This document shows, one piece after another, positions 51,360 to 64,000 of a stretch of DNA of 64,000 bases (position 1 is the first letter of the stretch; each line of letters starts with the position of its first letter). This stretch comes from Phoronis australis (taxonomy: Eukaryota; Animalia; Phoronida). A program made the translations under genes and the position numbers. Below the pieces are notes generated by a model that had not been told where the DNA came from, searched no databases, and worked only from the letters and a program-made list of their open reading frames with translations. The stretch spans positions 1 through 64,000 of the forward strand of contig NMRA01000788.1 of NCBI GenBank assembly GCA_002633005.1, read 5' to 3'.

Positions 51360-52897
51360 TTCTTCAGGAAAATGATGTCAACCGTTAACTTAACGGTTCA
51401 CCTGGAATTCAATTTTAGAAGCCAAACAGGTAAAAAATCGTGAATTTGGTGTACAATATTGCAATTCATCTCAGCCGTTGCTTTATTGCTGTAAATACAG
51501 CGCTAATCGGTAATTGTCCCGCTTCACGAAAAAACAAACTTAGATTAGTGCCGTGAAACGGGCCGAGTTAGTTATGAAATCAATGTCAATCTACCAATGT
51601 CCCATATGTCGTCATGACCAGGTGGTTCAATACTGAAACATCACAAATATCATCAAGAATTCTCCCAACAAAACAACTTATTTCCATGATTAGGATTTAG
51701 GATAATCTATTCAATTCAAACAAATTTAACATTACACTACCATGTGTCTGCATGAATCGTTGGACGTTGTCACGAACAGCCTATCAGGAAAAGGAAAGCA
51801 ATCGCTTATTGCCAAGTACGTTATTTTGAATAAATAACAGCACCTGAACAGTGAACACATGCTTTACAGTGTAATGCCATCATCACTTTTGAAATACAGA
51901 CTGGAAGTAGAACAGAAATAGTTTCAGCGGTGTGTGGCGGAAAATAGCAATGAGAAGGTACTACTTATTTCCCAAGTCACTGAATTTTAATCGTATGTAA
52001 TGACTATATTTGGCCACTATTCATGGTGTTGCACTATGCCACGATAAACTTTTAGACTGATAGTCAACACAGAGTTGTGGACGTTTATTTCTTCTATCTT
52101 CCCAGTGCCACAATAGATACTCGTCTATGGTGCCACAGCGTCGTCGCGGCTATGTTCAACATGGGCGTAATCACATTTCATTGTTGGCGGCCGATACAAT
52201 TTCTCCTTGTTCACTAACAGCCTGATGCGCCAGTAATTGTCAACTTTCAAGGGAATTTAATTTCAAAAATGGGATATTCTTGTATTGTATGAAATGATTT
52301 CTATTTGCTATCTTTCACTGCTATCCTTAAACGTATATTATCGGTATCAACGGCTGAAAACGAATTCCCATGGCGTACGGTACACAGGACCTGTTACTTC
52401 TTCAGTTGGTAACGTCAATGGAATCCTTTCACAGTCGGTAAGAAATATCTTGATGCCCATTATGAAAGAGTATTTTAATACCTAATTCCATTTTTTTCAT
52501 TTTAGCCATCTAGTAGGGCGAAGTATCTGTTTTGATGTTGTTCTAATAGAAACTCCACCTCAATCGACAAAATGTTACATGCTCACTTCTCTGCAGTGCA
52601 GCTCCATGACGCAACAGTCACGGTTTCCTACAGCCAACGGTCCACAACGGTGGATCCAGGCTAATTTGAACTCATTGTGTAGGGTAACTTGCATCTGCTA
52701 CATGTGTGGAACTAGTAGGATTATTGTCGCATACGGATATGGCGTGAAGCCATAGTTTTGCCCTCTATCGCGCCGCTTCCTACACCCGAGACGCCAAGAA
52801 TATCACACAGTCAGCTTCCCTCCCCCATCCCTGTCGCCACGAATTTAGTGCCGCCATTTCGGTCATCACCAGCTTCCTCCCATCTCAGTGCCGCCTC
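51360..52897 (-). pseudogene. STING-like pseudogene, copy 9, six short-intron exons (~52897-52733, 52669-52587, 52481-52333, ~52221-51990, 51843-51736, 51632-51360)
   Basis: IVSAANN (cf. copy 4 LSAANS), EEINVHNSVLTISLKVYRGIV (N, Y and G align with [13 protein letters not shown]), KITYLAISDCFPFPDRL (cf. [16 protein letters not shown]) and VDIIF. Contains stops. Confidence 0.55.
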
Positions 52898-54955
52898 TGT
52901 ATTTGATTTGTTTGGAAAATTTTATATAAAATACCAAATAAGCTCCGGGGCCAGAAAATGGTAGAAACCTGTTTAGTTTTCTTACTTTTCTAGGGTCCAA
53001 AATATGAAACGGAAGTGGGGAGGACCAATAAGAGAGTTAACGATGATACTGATGGTTAATGGTTTGTACCCATAATTCAAAAATGTGCTTCATGTAGAAT
53101 AAGGTGTATTCTGTTTCTCACTATGACACTACAGCCTTGTTTCTCTATTTAACACTCGCTGATACTTTCATTTTGGTAAACTCCAGTGAAAACTATGAAA
53201 AATTTACATAGAAAATATTAACTCCGACTACGACTAAGTAGGCAGCTTGACCTATACACGGAGTAAAAATTTTAGAATATAGGTCTACAAGAAAAGAATG
53301 CTATCTTGAAACCCAAACCTGTCATTTGGCAACTCGACCGGTTTGCGCACCACAGAATTTGCCGGTTCAGATCTGACGCCAAGATGTTGTTAATTATATC
53401 GCCCTAGTCGGCAAATGTTATCGTTCTGTAGATAATGAAACCATCATAAAAACACTTGGGGCAACTATAATATTTTTAAATTTTCGCTTTGAAAGTTTGT
53501 AAGTAGCATATTTGAATAGTTTGTGAAAAGTACACGTGATCAGGTTTTTGAATTTTACAACCTAAATCGTTTGTTCATTGTTGCAATATGTTTCTCATTC
53601 TACTGGGTGTGCAACATAATTGGACCAATTACCAAACCACCATGCAGCAGTTGGATTTTGAAGTAAGCCAAGTCTCAATTCCTACAATTCTTGGCATGTG
53701 ATGGGGGTGTTTCGCGGAATATCCAAAGTATTCGGTTGACGAATAAACAAATCACACACGGAAAATGAGAAAGAAATAACAAACGAATACGACATTCTAA
53801 AATTTTCGAATATCGAAATGTCCTTTGTCATAAGAAACACAGAAATAATGAAGTCCAATTAAGCAAAACCTAATAATAGCTTGACTTCGTGTGGTGTAAG
53901 ACGAGGACTTGATTTTTACGCCCCCACAAAAAAGAAAACGTTGTATGCTATATCCGTAGTCTCACAGTTTTTAATTTGTCACGTGTTCTCACTTAAAGTT
54001 TAAAATACAATGAGGCAACATCTCATCAAACGTGTGAATTATGTAGTATATTAAATCTGTCGTTGCAAAAAGATCGTACTAAGTTTGGTCTTAAACGATA
54101 AAGCATGTACAAGCGCTATGAGGTAAATTATGTTGGTAGCGATACAATTTGAATAATGTTTAATTTCAACTGGGTTTGGAGGAGTGGAAGAAATGTGTTG
54201 ATATATTTCTTAGCATCTAGACATGTTGAATTGAGAGTCGAAAGCCTTGCTGGCAATGATTAGTTTCTGAGTTGACCAATACGAGCCGCTCGTGTAAGTA
54301 AAAAATATTCGAATGCACTTAATTTTAAGATCCTCACAGGAAGTGGTTGTTTGGGTTTTTCGTGTGACGAAGTTGGTGTTTATCGATTTTCAAAGTTTAC
54401 GCCACGGTTACTGGGAAAAATTACAGTATGTAACAGACTGTTCTGTGAAGTGATATCCTTCATTCAGTTCACTGGCAGTAAGTATGTTTTCTGGTAATGT
54501 TGGTGTCACAACCCGTCAATGGTCGGAAAATGTCTAAAAGTAAAACATTGATTAAAACTTTTTCACTCTCCCTCTCCGGCTCCGGCAAGACAGTGACCAC
54601 CGTCCTGCTGGCGGTGCCAGTAGGACGGTGGAGCTCCTATAGGTGTACACTTGTCGAAAGCTTTTTTAATTATACCTTGTTCTGACTAAAACATCAAAGT
54701 CATGTTGTTATGAATACCTTTTGCGTATATAGAGGGACTTAGTAGTAATTGATTTCCTTCCAGTTTGAACAAATACTCCTCCCCATATCAAACTTTTTCT
54801 TCGAGCAGTATTTTGTTCATTTCCCATTTTTATGTTGCGCATGCCAGGGGATATGACGTCATATCACTTAGCGGGTGCTGTAAAAATAGCTCAACCAATG
54901 TGACGAGCTATCCATGTTTGCCCAATTTTTACCCATCAGAAAATCTGTAAAAGTG

Positions 54956-55077
54956 ACGTAAACGGGTCTCCCTTCAAAATGGCTTGCGGGAACCAGTTTC
55001 ACTGAGTAATGGACATTGCCGCTATTTCGTGAAAACTGATTCTCGGCAGCCATTTTGAAGGGGGACCCGTTTACGCC
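54956..55077. mobile_element. Foldback MITE
   Basis: cgtaaacgggtctcccttcaaaatggct / agccattttgaagggggacccgtttacg; about 45-bp arms. Confidence 0.8.
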
Positions 55078-55851
55078 AGTTGTACCGGAAAATCTTTATC
55101 TGCAAATTTCATATAGATACTTGGAGTAGTTTATTGCATTTTTCAAAAATGTCACTGCATTCTGAAGTTTTTCCGAAGAATGTAAAATCCAACTGATTAT
55201 GCTATAGATATAAATGTATAATTCTTAATGAATACCTGACTAAATTGTCCATAGCAAGTGTGAGGGATCCATTTCCTAAAACCTTTGTAGAAATGTTTGG
55301 AATCATTGAAATTGTTTCCCTAATTGTTTTGAACTAGTATTTTCTCTGGTTCATTTCCTTTTTTATGTTACTATTACACGCTGTCATTTTTCGCATTTTA
55401 GTAACACTCTTGGATTTTAGAATTGAAAAGCTACTTTTAAACCAGTCAGGTATACGAAATGATAATTACTTAATGAGTTAAATTATGCATCTTTTGCTTC
55501 TGAATCATCAAGAACTGACGGAGCGTTTTAATGATATGGCTCTTATGCAATTTGGTTTAAAAATGGTGGCGTTGCAAAAAGTTTTAGTAATAGTAAATTA
55601 AATAGCAAGTGCAAGCAACTCTCACGCATGCATGGTGCAACCTCAGCGGCCGTGAGATTGGAGTTAGCATTCCAAGACATTAGTACGACCTGAGCGTAAC
55701 TTATAACATGGAAGGTAATACTTTCAAAACGTAGCAAAGGAGGATGTCCTGTGGAATTTGTAAGATTTGTGTTCCTTTGATATTGTGTTTGTGAACTGGC
55801 GTGATTTCGCATAACTTCCCCAAAATGGCACCTCAGGCGAGGGAAGCTCAA

Positions 55852-58159
55852 CGGCTAAATCACAATCAAGGTCCATATTTGAGTGTTGACTGTGTTACGG
55901 TCTAAAATAAATTTTTTTGGTCACTTACCAATTGCCAACTGAATCTCATATGCAAAGAGTTATTTAGTTGTGCAAATTAAAAAAAGAATCATCAAAACCG
56001 GACAATGTTTGAGAAATTTATGCATGTTTTTGTCTATGAATTTCATGCATTTTTAGCGTTACGAGTGACCATTTTAAAAATAACAATTTTCAACTGTCAA
56101 CAGTAGAAAAGAAATTTATAAACAATTGCTTTGATATGACTGGGAATAACTTGAGTCACTTTCGTAATCACTTAGATGAATGATAGGCACTCGTTACGAA
56201 ATTTGTAAATTCTGTGTTTCTAACTCTCACCTACTGTAAAGTAAGTTAAAAACTAAAGTTCACTCTGTAATAAGAAGAACTGAAGAATATGTTAGCCTAG
56301 GTAACACAGCAAATCATTCAATATCTAAACAAACCAAAAGTTTGGATATTGACTGGGTTCTGCTATGTTGAAAATGGGCCAAAAAGGCTAACATAATGTG
56401 ATGTACCTACCCCCATGTGGAATTCAGTAACACAAATGGTCATTGCAAATGAAATTATTGCCTTTTAAATAACAACATGGTGCTTGTTATCACCAAAGAA
56501 AAATAAATGCCATACAACATTATATTACCATGTGATGCAGAAACAGTGATGTAGTGTACGTACCCCATTTTGTAGTGTACGTACCCCCATGTTTACAAAT
56601 GCCATGAAATTAAAAAATCACTTGGTAAGTGAGCAACATAGGTCATAAACAGTTTCCTTCCTTAAAGGTGTGAGGTTAAATGGGTGTTAATTGCAAATAC
56701 ATTTGTTTTGAGTGAATTATTAGCATTTTGAGTGAATTATTAGCATTGTGTAGTGTACGTACCCCCATATTTTAAGTATGGCAGATATGCACATGAATGC
56801 TGTGCTTTTTATTTTTTCTCTTTGAATTGATTTAGTAAATCAACTAACTTTCAGTAGATTCTTAGTATTTAGTTACAAACCTGACATGTCATTGATATGT
56901 AGTGTATGTACCCCTGTGTACAGTGTACGTACCACGACGTGAACAAATACCATGAAACAAAAATATTACATGGCAAGTATGGAACATTTGTCACAGACAG
57001 TTTCCTCCATTAAAATGATAACTTAAAAGGGTGTTAATTACAAATGCATTTGTTTTGAGTGAAATATTAGCATTTTTGTAGTGTACGTACCCCTATATTT
57101 TTGAACACGCGCCTGTTTTCAAAGATTGACAGACAGATATACACATTTATGCTGTACTTTTTTTCTTTGGATTGATTTAGTAAATCATCTAACTCTCAGT
57201 AGATTCTAAGTATTAAGTAAGTCTTGGAAATGTAGTGTACGTACCCCTGTGTAATGTACCTTCTACCTCTATGCTATAAAGTATTGCCAACAAGTATTTT
57301 TACATACTGCTGTTCTCATGAACAATACTGATATTTCTAGAATGCATCCAGTCTGACAAAACAAACATTGGACATTATTAAAGTTGTGGGAAATAAAATG
57401 CCACACTGAACGTGGCTAGTAACATCCTAGAAGACACTTCATGTAACAACTGATGTTGCACAGGCAGGTTCTCTATCTCTCAGGACAACTTGCTATAAAA
57501 CAACTAGAAGAGGCAGCACAAAGCTCGAGATCATCCAATACATTTGTAACTTCGTCAAAATTTGACGTTGATTGACTGTGCGTTGTGTACGTACCCCCCA
57601 ACTAGTACCATTTTTTACTGTTTACAAGTTGAACACTGGGCCTAGCATTGCTTTAACTATTTTGACCAACTCAGGTGAATGTGTTGAAAACTAGGCAAAT
57701 AGCACCAATGACCAATAAAATTTTTGAAAAAAGTAGTTACTTGTCATTTTCTTTTTGTAAGAATCATATTGCAGGAGAAGAAGTTATCATTATACTGTAT
57801 TAAGATATGCAATGTATCATCATCTAGAACAACTTGATCACCATGGTAACAACTTTTCTTACCTTAGCATGTGATACTTCTTCAATTTGATTGAGAACTT
57901 ATTAAATTAACAGCTACCTTATGTATTTTTGCATGATAGAAGTGGGCTTTGACCACAAGTTGTAGTGTAGGTACCCTTTTATAGAACTGCGATGCATCAG
58001 TCCATAAAATTTTATTCGGTGGTTCTTGTGCAAAAATATTCTAGCTTACAAACCTGGAATGATGGTACTTTAAGTAACCCAGCTTTCACAATTATATGAC
58101 AACCTTCATTTTTCACCTAAAGTGGCCACCGAATATGAACCTTGATTGTGATTTGCCCG
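55852..58159. mobile_element. Non-autonomous TIR DNA transposon (Sola1-like: CGG..CCG ends, 4-bp TSD TCAA)
   Basis: 28-bp TIR cggctaaatcacaatcaaggtccatatt versus cgggcaaatcacaatcaaggttcatatt; tcaa at 55848-51 and 58160-63; about 11 internal gtagtgtacgtacccc motifs. Superfamily is inferred. Confidence 0.8.
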
Positions 58160-58319
58160 TCAAGTGAACCTTGACAGGTTTTCATGGGTATGCTCAAATT
58201 ATTTTGATAAAATTATCTCCAGCCATGGTACATGTTAATTACAAAGTTGCCAAATGGTTTGATACTTCTTCATGGGTATTTCACCCATTTATTCAAAAAT
58301 AGCGACATACTCGCTGCAT

Positions 58320-58441
58320 GATCCACTGACGTCATCGTTTCGTGTCCTCACAAATTTATGTGACAATTTTTAGTCTGGTGTGGTAGACAGAACTCAAGGT
58401 GACATGGCGACTGAGTAAAATGATAAAAAACGACGGTATGT
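58320..58441 (+). promoter_or_regulatory. Possible promoter and first exon of a plus-strand gene
   Basis: CRE palindrome TGACGTCA at 58327, YY1-like acATGGCG at 58402 and donor g|gtatgt at 58436. Motifs only. Confidence 0.25.
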
Positions 58442-61054
58442 TGGGTGGGACATGCCTTTGCGAAAGGCTTTGGGATTAAAAACATTATCACAATTATCTA
58501 GGACTGAATTGTTGGTAAATGAGCTGGTATTCTCAAGTCTCAGGCAATGAACACATAGTATTATGCTGTGTTTGAATTTGCAATTTTAGGATTGACCTAA
58601 GCTCCCTTAATAACTACTGAATTGTTTTTTTTTGATTTTGCTGATAGTTTCATTGTTCTTGTTGGTAACAGGAAAAAAGTCTCATGCCGTAAAGGACTAT
58701 TAGGAGACCTATTTTGAGCACAAGTTACTTGCCTCATTTTTCACCGCTAAATACTGATGATTGACAGTTTTAGTATGTTCGCCCACACAAAGATTGCCCG
58801 TAAATTGATAAAATTTTCTGATTTTGTCAGTCTCACTTGATAGCGATGTATATAACAGTCGGCATTATTTTCTAATAAAGCTGCCCTTTTACTTTTACGG
58901 AGGTCAAGTCCACCATGAAAAACAGTGTTTTTGTAAACACGTTGAAATATTGTTCAATGGAGAAAGTGGAAGCTTAGTCGTTCATTGATTTGTTAGTGGG
59001 AAAATTGTAATCATGTCTTGTCATAGCCACTGGCAAGAGTCTTTATTGACGGATAGGCACTTTATCGGCAGTGTGCAATTAAGTTATTGGCACAGGCAAA
59101 GTATTTTAGACTTTACGTGAAAACAGTCAACAAATCTTTAGTGCACTATGTTTCTGTACTAGTGTTTTTTATGGGAACTGTACCTAGCAGAGGCCACTCA
59201 ATATCTGTTTGTAAAGTACCATCAAGTGGTTTCGCTTTCTGAACTTAGGTCTAGTGAATTTAATGCTAATTTATAAACTGACAGTCCGTGTGTAACTTAT
59301 ATTCAATATTAATATAGAAATGTTGCTTAGAGGTATAACATCTCAAGTTTTGCGATTAGTTTGCTATGTTTGTTTCTTCCTGTTTGACTAGATAAAGGGT
59401 AAATTGATTAAAAAATATGCTGGCTGGCAAATCTATGAGTAGTATGGGCTGTAGTGTTTGAGGATCAATGACTCCAAATGGCGAATGTTTCAGTTATAGG
59501 AACAGAACAAAGTAATCTCTTAAAACTACTTAGAAAAAACCTCAGCTGTCTGTTATTCAGCTGTTGAGAACCTTTCTTTTGCCAAAAAGATTTTGTGAAA
59601 AGCCAACTGTTATTGCTACCGTATTCCATGCTTGCAGCATAAAATGACCCACAGAGAGATTCGTAAAACATGTTCTTGTAGTGTAGTGGACGTGCTCTCA
59701 ATAGATGGATGTAAATAAGTAAAAGAAAGCATATCAGATGAAGACTTACTGATCATTTTCAAAAACACTTTTAAATGTCAGGAGAACAATTTTTACTTAG
59801 CCTCCTACCCATTACTCTGTATTCCTTTGAGAGTACGAAAAAACTGCGTCGTCTGGTATCTTTAGCGATTAACTTCGATATTACTGTCAAACTGGATGTT
59901 TCGGTGAAGCTTCGGTAAACCGAAGTTCCCCTAATCGGAGAGTGCCTCTACTGTGCTATCTACCTGTTGGTTTTTCTGTAGCCCAGAAATTGCCTCTGTG
60001 TGACCATAACAGGGATCCGTGCAATGCGGCTCTTCATTTTTGAATTTTTCTAGTGTCCAGCAGTGTCTTAGTTAGTGAGTTGGTAAAAAGGTCACGTCTG
60101 CTTACCTCACAAATACTGTCATCCACATGTTTTCCGCATTTATTTGTTCAAGAATATCAAATAAGAAATATTTCCTGAAACATTATGATGCTAAATTTCT
60201 TCCTTGGTGTGTTTTGTTATTCAACTGGTCATGAACACTGCTGCATGCTTTTATCAACGACAGGCACTTTTCCTCGTTCATTTTCATATTTTATTGCAAT
60301 GCCTTAGGGTATCGTAAAACCATTTTTGCGCTTGCGTTCGCAACCAGTAGTTGACGTGGGACAAAGATGACGGACTACTCTTGCGATTACCTATGTTCGC
60401 GCACCCTGATTGGCTTGATTTTTATGTGTGAACAGTCGGCTTTGAATGCCTATATTCTAGCACAATTTGGCAGCTGTTTTACTCTAGGCATTGCTCAATT
60501 TGGCTGCCTACACCTGACCATTGCAGTTTCTGTTTGTGTTCAGAAACCTGGGAAAAATCCGGAGTCGCCCCGAAGTTGCCAAAGCGATTATCAGTCAGAC
60601 AATCATTCACGCAACATTTGTTTCAAAATTTGTTGACTTCCAAACTTTAAATTAATAATAAATTTTCCTGGATTCAATACCTTGGTTCATAGTTGCTCTG
60701 TTTATCTCTTGAAATCAATGCATTTGTCACCCTTAGGAGTCATAAGTACATATCAAACACGTTTAAATTACAACCTACAGGAAGTAAACAAATAGACAAA
60801 AGTCAAACTAATTCGGCAAAAATGGGATAAGTTCAGGGCATGAAACTCATACCTCCAGTGTATCCTATCATCTGCGTTCTCTGTTGGTAAGAGTAATTAA
60901 TTTTTATTGAATGGTGCATATTTCGATATTTTTGGGAGAAATGGAAGAGGTGTAGCAAATTTTTTTGTAGTGCTTACAATGGCACGAGGTTTTTTTGGCG
61001 ACCCCAGTTTTCATTTGGTGACCTGGGAATTTTGTGAGTTGTTAGCGTTAAAGT

Positions 61055-61236
61055 AATTCAACAGACTCATGACTATGGAGGAAAAAGATCTTATGTGGTC
61101 AACATGTAAATATGTTCATTTCGCATTCAAGCGAAGAAGAGCTCATGTTACTTTTAGTGTTTGACACTTACCTGTATTGTATTTGATGATTTGATTGTAA
61201 CAAGGCCGGAGGCCCAGTTATTGAATAAATATATCT
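61055..61236 (+). mobile_element. 5'-truncated copy (about 180 bp) of the intact LINE 3' end
   Basis: Near-identical to 16546-16724, including the last codons, hairpin and AATAAA. Confidence 0.93.
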
Positions 61237-64000
61237 AAATGTCAAGCACTGCTTGGCTTTTTATGTCGAATGAAACAAGTTCATAATAAATATCAATCAA
61301 TGGTTGGAAAACAAAAGTTTACATGGTTGTCTTTGTAGGCAGCTGGTGATTGGGTTCACTAAGTCCAGTCCTTACTTGGATGATATTGGTAATTATTTGT
61401 ATCTTGTCAACTTTATACATAGACCAATCAATGATTTTAATTTCCGCACAGCCTATTGATTTTTGGATGTTGACTTCCCCCAAGTCTTTACTTACTGGGG
61501 TTAGAACTGTAAATTTTACCTCACAACCCTTTTTGTTTTTTTTAGGCGATGTAAAACCTGAGTTTTGCCAAGGAATTTTTGGTTTAGACCACCTACCAAT
61601 AAAAACTTGATCTTCACTTGTTCATTACTTAAATGAAGAGTGATCGCTTGGTTTATAAAGAACTGACAGATTCTTTGAGACAGTGCTTGCTGTGTACATA
61701 AAACCACACACGGTCAAAAAGAAAATTTAAATATCTGGTCTCATCTCGAACAGTAACGGACTGTTCCCTCAAAGCCCTGAAATCGCCCCCACTTTATCCA
61801 TGGAACAATTCGAGAGTAATTTGCTAACAGTTAAGTGGTCTAAATCAATGTTTTGTGACGAAAAGCAAGCTATTTATAGCCACTTTGACTTTTGAAACTT
61901 GATGCAAAACCAAGTAGCTTATTAAGCATTTATTTGGCTTAAATCCAATTTTTTAAGTTGGCTTAAAACCTGCAGAATGGGATTGATGACAAATATCCGT
62001 GTGAGCTGTTATTTTCAAACAAATTTGATGTCAACTCTGTGCCTTTGAAACATTATTCACGGGTGCTTGTTTGTTAAACTTCTGTCAAATTTCTGTCTCC
62101 ATATTGAAAAGATTTTTGGATTTAGAGAAGTTTTACCAACTCTTTAGTGCACTGTGACCTTCTGAGAGACAAAAGCAGTAGGCTGAGAAATGAGATATTG
62201 TTGTCAGGTAATGACAAACCTTCCCACAATAAAGTATTTCAGGAAATAATAACCACTGTGGTACTTTACTACTGAAAGTCAAGGTTCAGCAGTTAAGGCA
62301 TACACTGTTTGAAATGAATAATGTTTGTTTTTGTCAACTACTGAATAGCTTTCCCTGATGTTGCACAACTTGATTGTGAAATCATGTGCCCCACAGGGAT
62401 TACTCTCAAGATGATGTGCCTGTGTCTCATACTTCACAATTTGAATGCCAGTGCTTTCTGTCTGGTCTCCATAGGGATATTCCTGGACTGCGCCTTTGCA
62501 CCATTAGTATATTGAGAAATAAAAAGATGCAAGTATATTGCAGTGGTGGCCCCCCTGACACATCTTTTAAAATTCAATACTCTTCCAAAAATGCAAGATT
62601 CTAGTCAATTTACATCCAGTCGAGTAAAACACAACGATATTTCGATTGCCCTTCCGGTTTCTGTTTCATATGATACCACTTTGATTACACTTAAAAGTCT
62701 GCGGGGCAGAAAAAGGGTGCACTTTTTATCATCAGATGTGCCAAAAGGGTACAGGTTCAAACCTGGTCAGGAATATCCCTGTTTCAACAAGCCAGTGGGT
62801 ATGCCCTATGCATATCTTTAGTGAAAGTTAGTTTCATAACAACTTGTCACATTTATCGCAAAATCAGTGGTGTATTCAGTAACATTAGTTGCCAAGAAAT
62901 CATCTTGTGCAAAGAAAGTGCTAAATTGTTCTTTAGACTCTGGGTCTAATCTTAGTACTCGAAATCGAACTTAGAATTATTTTTGCCATTTTCCTTATAA
63001 ACTTTGGAGGCTTCGCGTTCATTTGGTTGAGTTGCTTTCAAATGAAAGAGAGGTGTTTTGAATTGTGCTAAAGCTATGCCAGGGCTTGAAGTCAACTTTT
63101 TCTTAACTTGCCTGTGGGCAATATCACTTACATATTATTTGCCCAAAGGGAATCGCTGTTGAATTGTCTTTTGTTTTATAATCCTTTGTAACAATCCTCA
63201 TGTGTAACACGGAATAGAGTGAAACTCTGTCAAGTGTGGTAAGTCACCCTGCTGCAACCCTGGGACAGCGGAGCCCCTTCTCAAAGTGGTCAAGAGGGTT
63301 ATAACACTATGAGTTTTGAGTTCTGGTGGTGGTGGCTTGATTTAGGCCTGGAAATACGTAAAATGCTCACATGTGCTGGCGGCTGGTGTAACTACACCCT
63401 AATCTTGGGACATGGGAGACATTAATGCAAAATTTTCACTCCTTCCATTTAAAATTTCTGAATTATGCAGCTATGTTTGGGTATGTGATACCATTCCATG
63501 GAATAACTGAAGTGTTAAAAATAAAAGTGATCAAGAATGCAGTGAGACATTGACATGGTGACTTAGCGCATTTTATATTTTGTAAATTATTCGATTCTGT
63601 CTAACTATTTGTGATGTGTCAGTGAACTGCATGCGAGTGAGTGGATTGAAGGCTATCAAAACAGATGACAGATATGCATGTCTATTATAAGCAGAATACT
63701 GGAGTCACTGGTGGTCTTGACTATTAATGCATAATTGTGCAGTTATTTTCTCAATGAAGAGGCTATAAAAGACTTGGAGACAAATGACTGTGTAAAAATG
63801 TTTACATGAAAGCTGTAGTTGTCTTTCTTAAAGCCTAACTTCAATGGAATTTTGTTACTTTAGATGTATTAGGCTAACCAGATTGTCCTAGCAAAGCTTT
63901 AGTAAAATAAGAAAATGCCAGGCAAGTGTAAGCCTGTGAAATGATGGGTGAAGCTGTCTTTTCATGCCATGTTGTGTCACTGCCAGATCCCAGCACAAAC

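Noticed and set aside
56398-57977. CRISPR-like repeat-spacer pattern
   Set aside because: Spacing is irregular, the spacers are themselves duplicated, the context is a eukaryotic TIR element, and there are no cas genes.

Overview
AT-rich, repeat-dense animal DNA, probably from a marine invertebrate (inferred from the repeat types). It has spliceosomal introns and two N gaps. The only long intact ORFs belong to a non-LTR retrotransposon (RTE-X-like, about 11.6-16.8 kb). Its ORF1 and APE-RT ORF2 sit in the same frame, separated by one TAG, with no ATG before the endonuclease motifs; a second, decayed family member has the same layout. Manual exon reconstruction on the minus strand shows a tandem array of about 9-10 compact, highly diverged, mostly disabled multi-exon genes that the ORF track misses. 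Each has roughly 4 hydrophobic segments followed by motifs that match the animal STING (TMEM173) ligand-binding domain in the correct order. The array is broken up by LINEs, MITEs, a TA-flanked TIR element carrying a spliced gene remnant and a hammerhead-like core, a Helentron/HINE-like tandem array and a Sola-like element. All family assignments come from motifs recognised by eye and need HMM confirmation.
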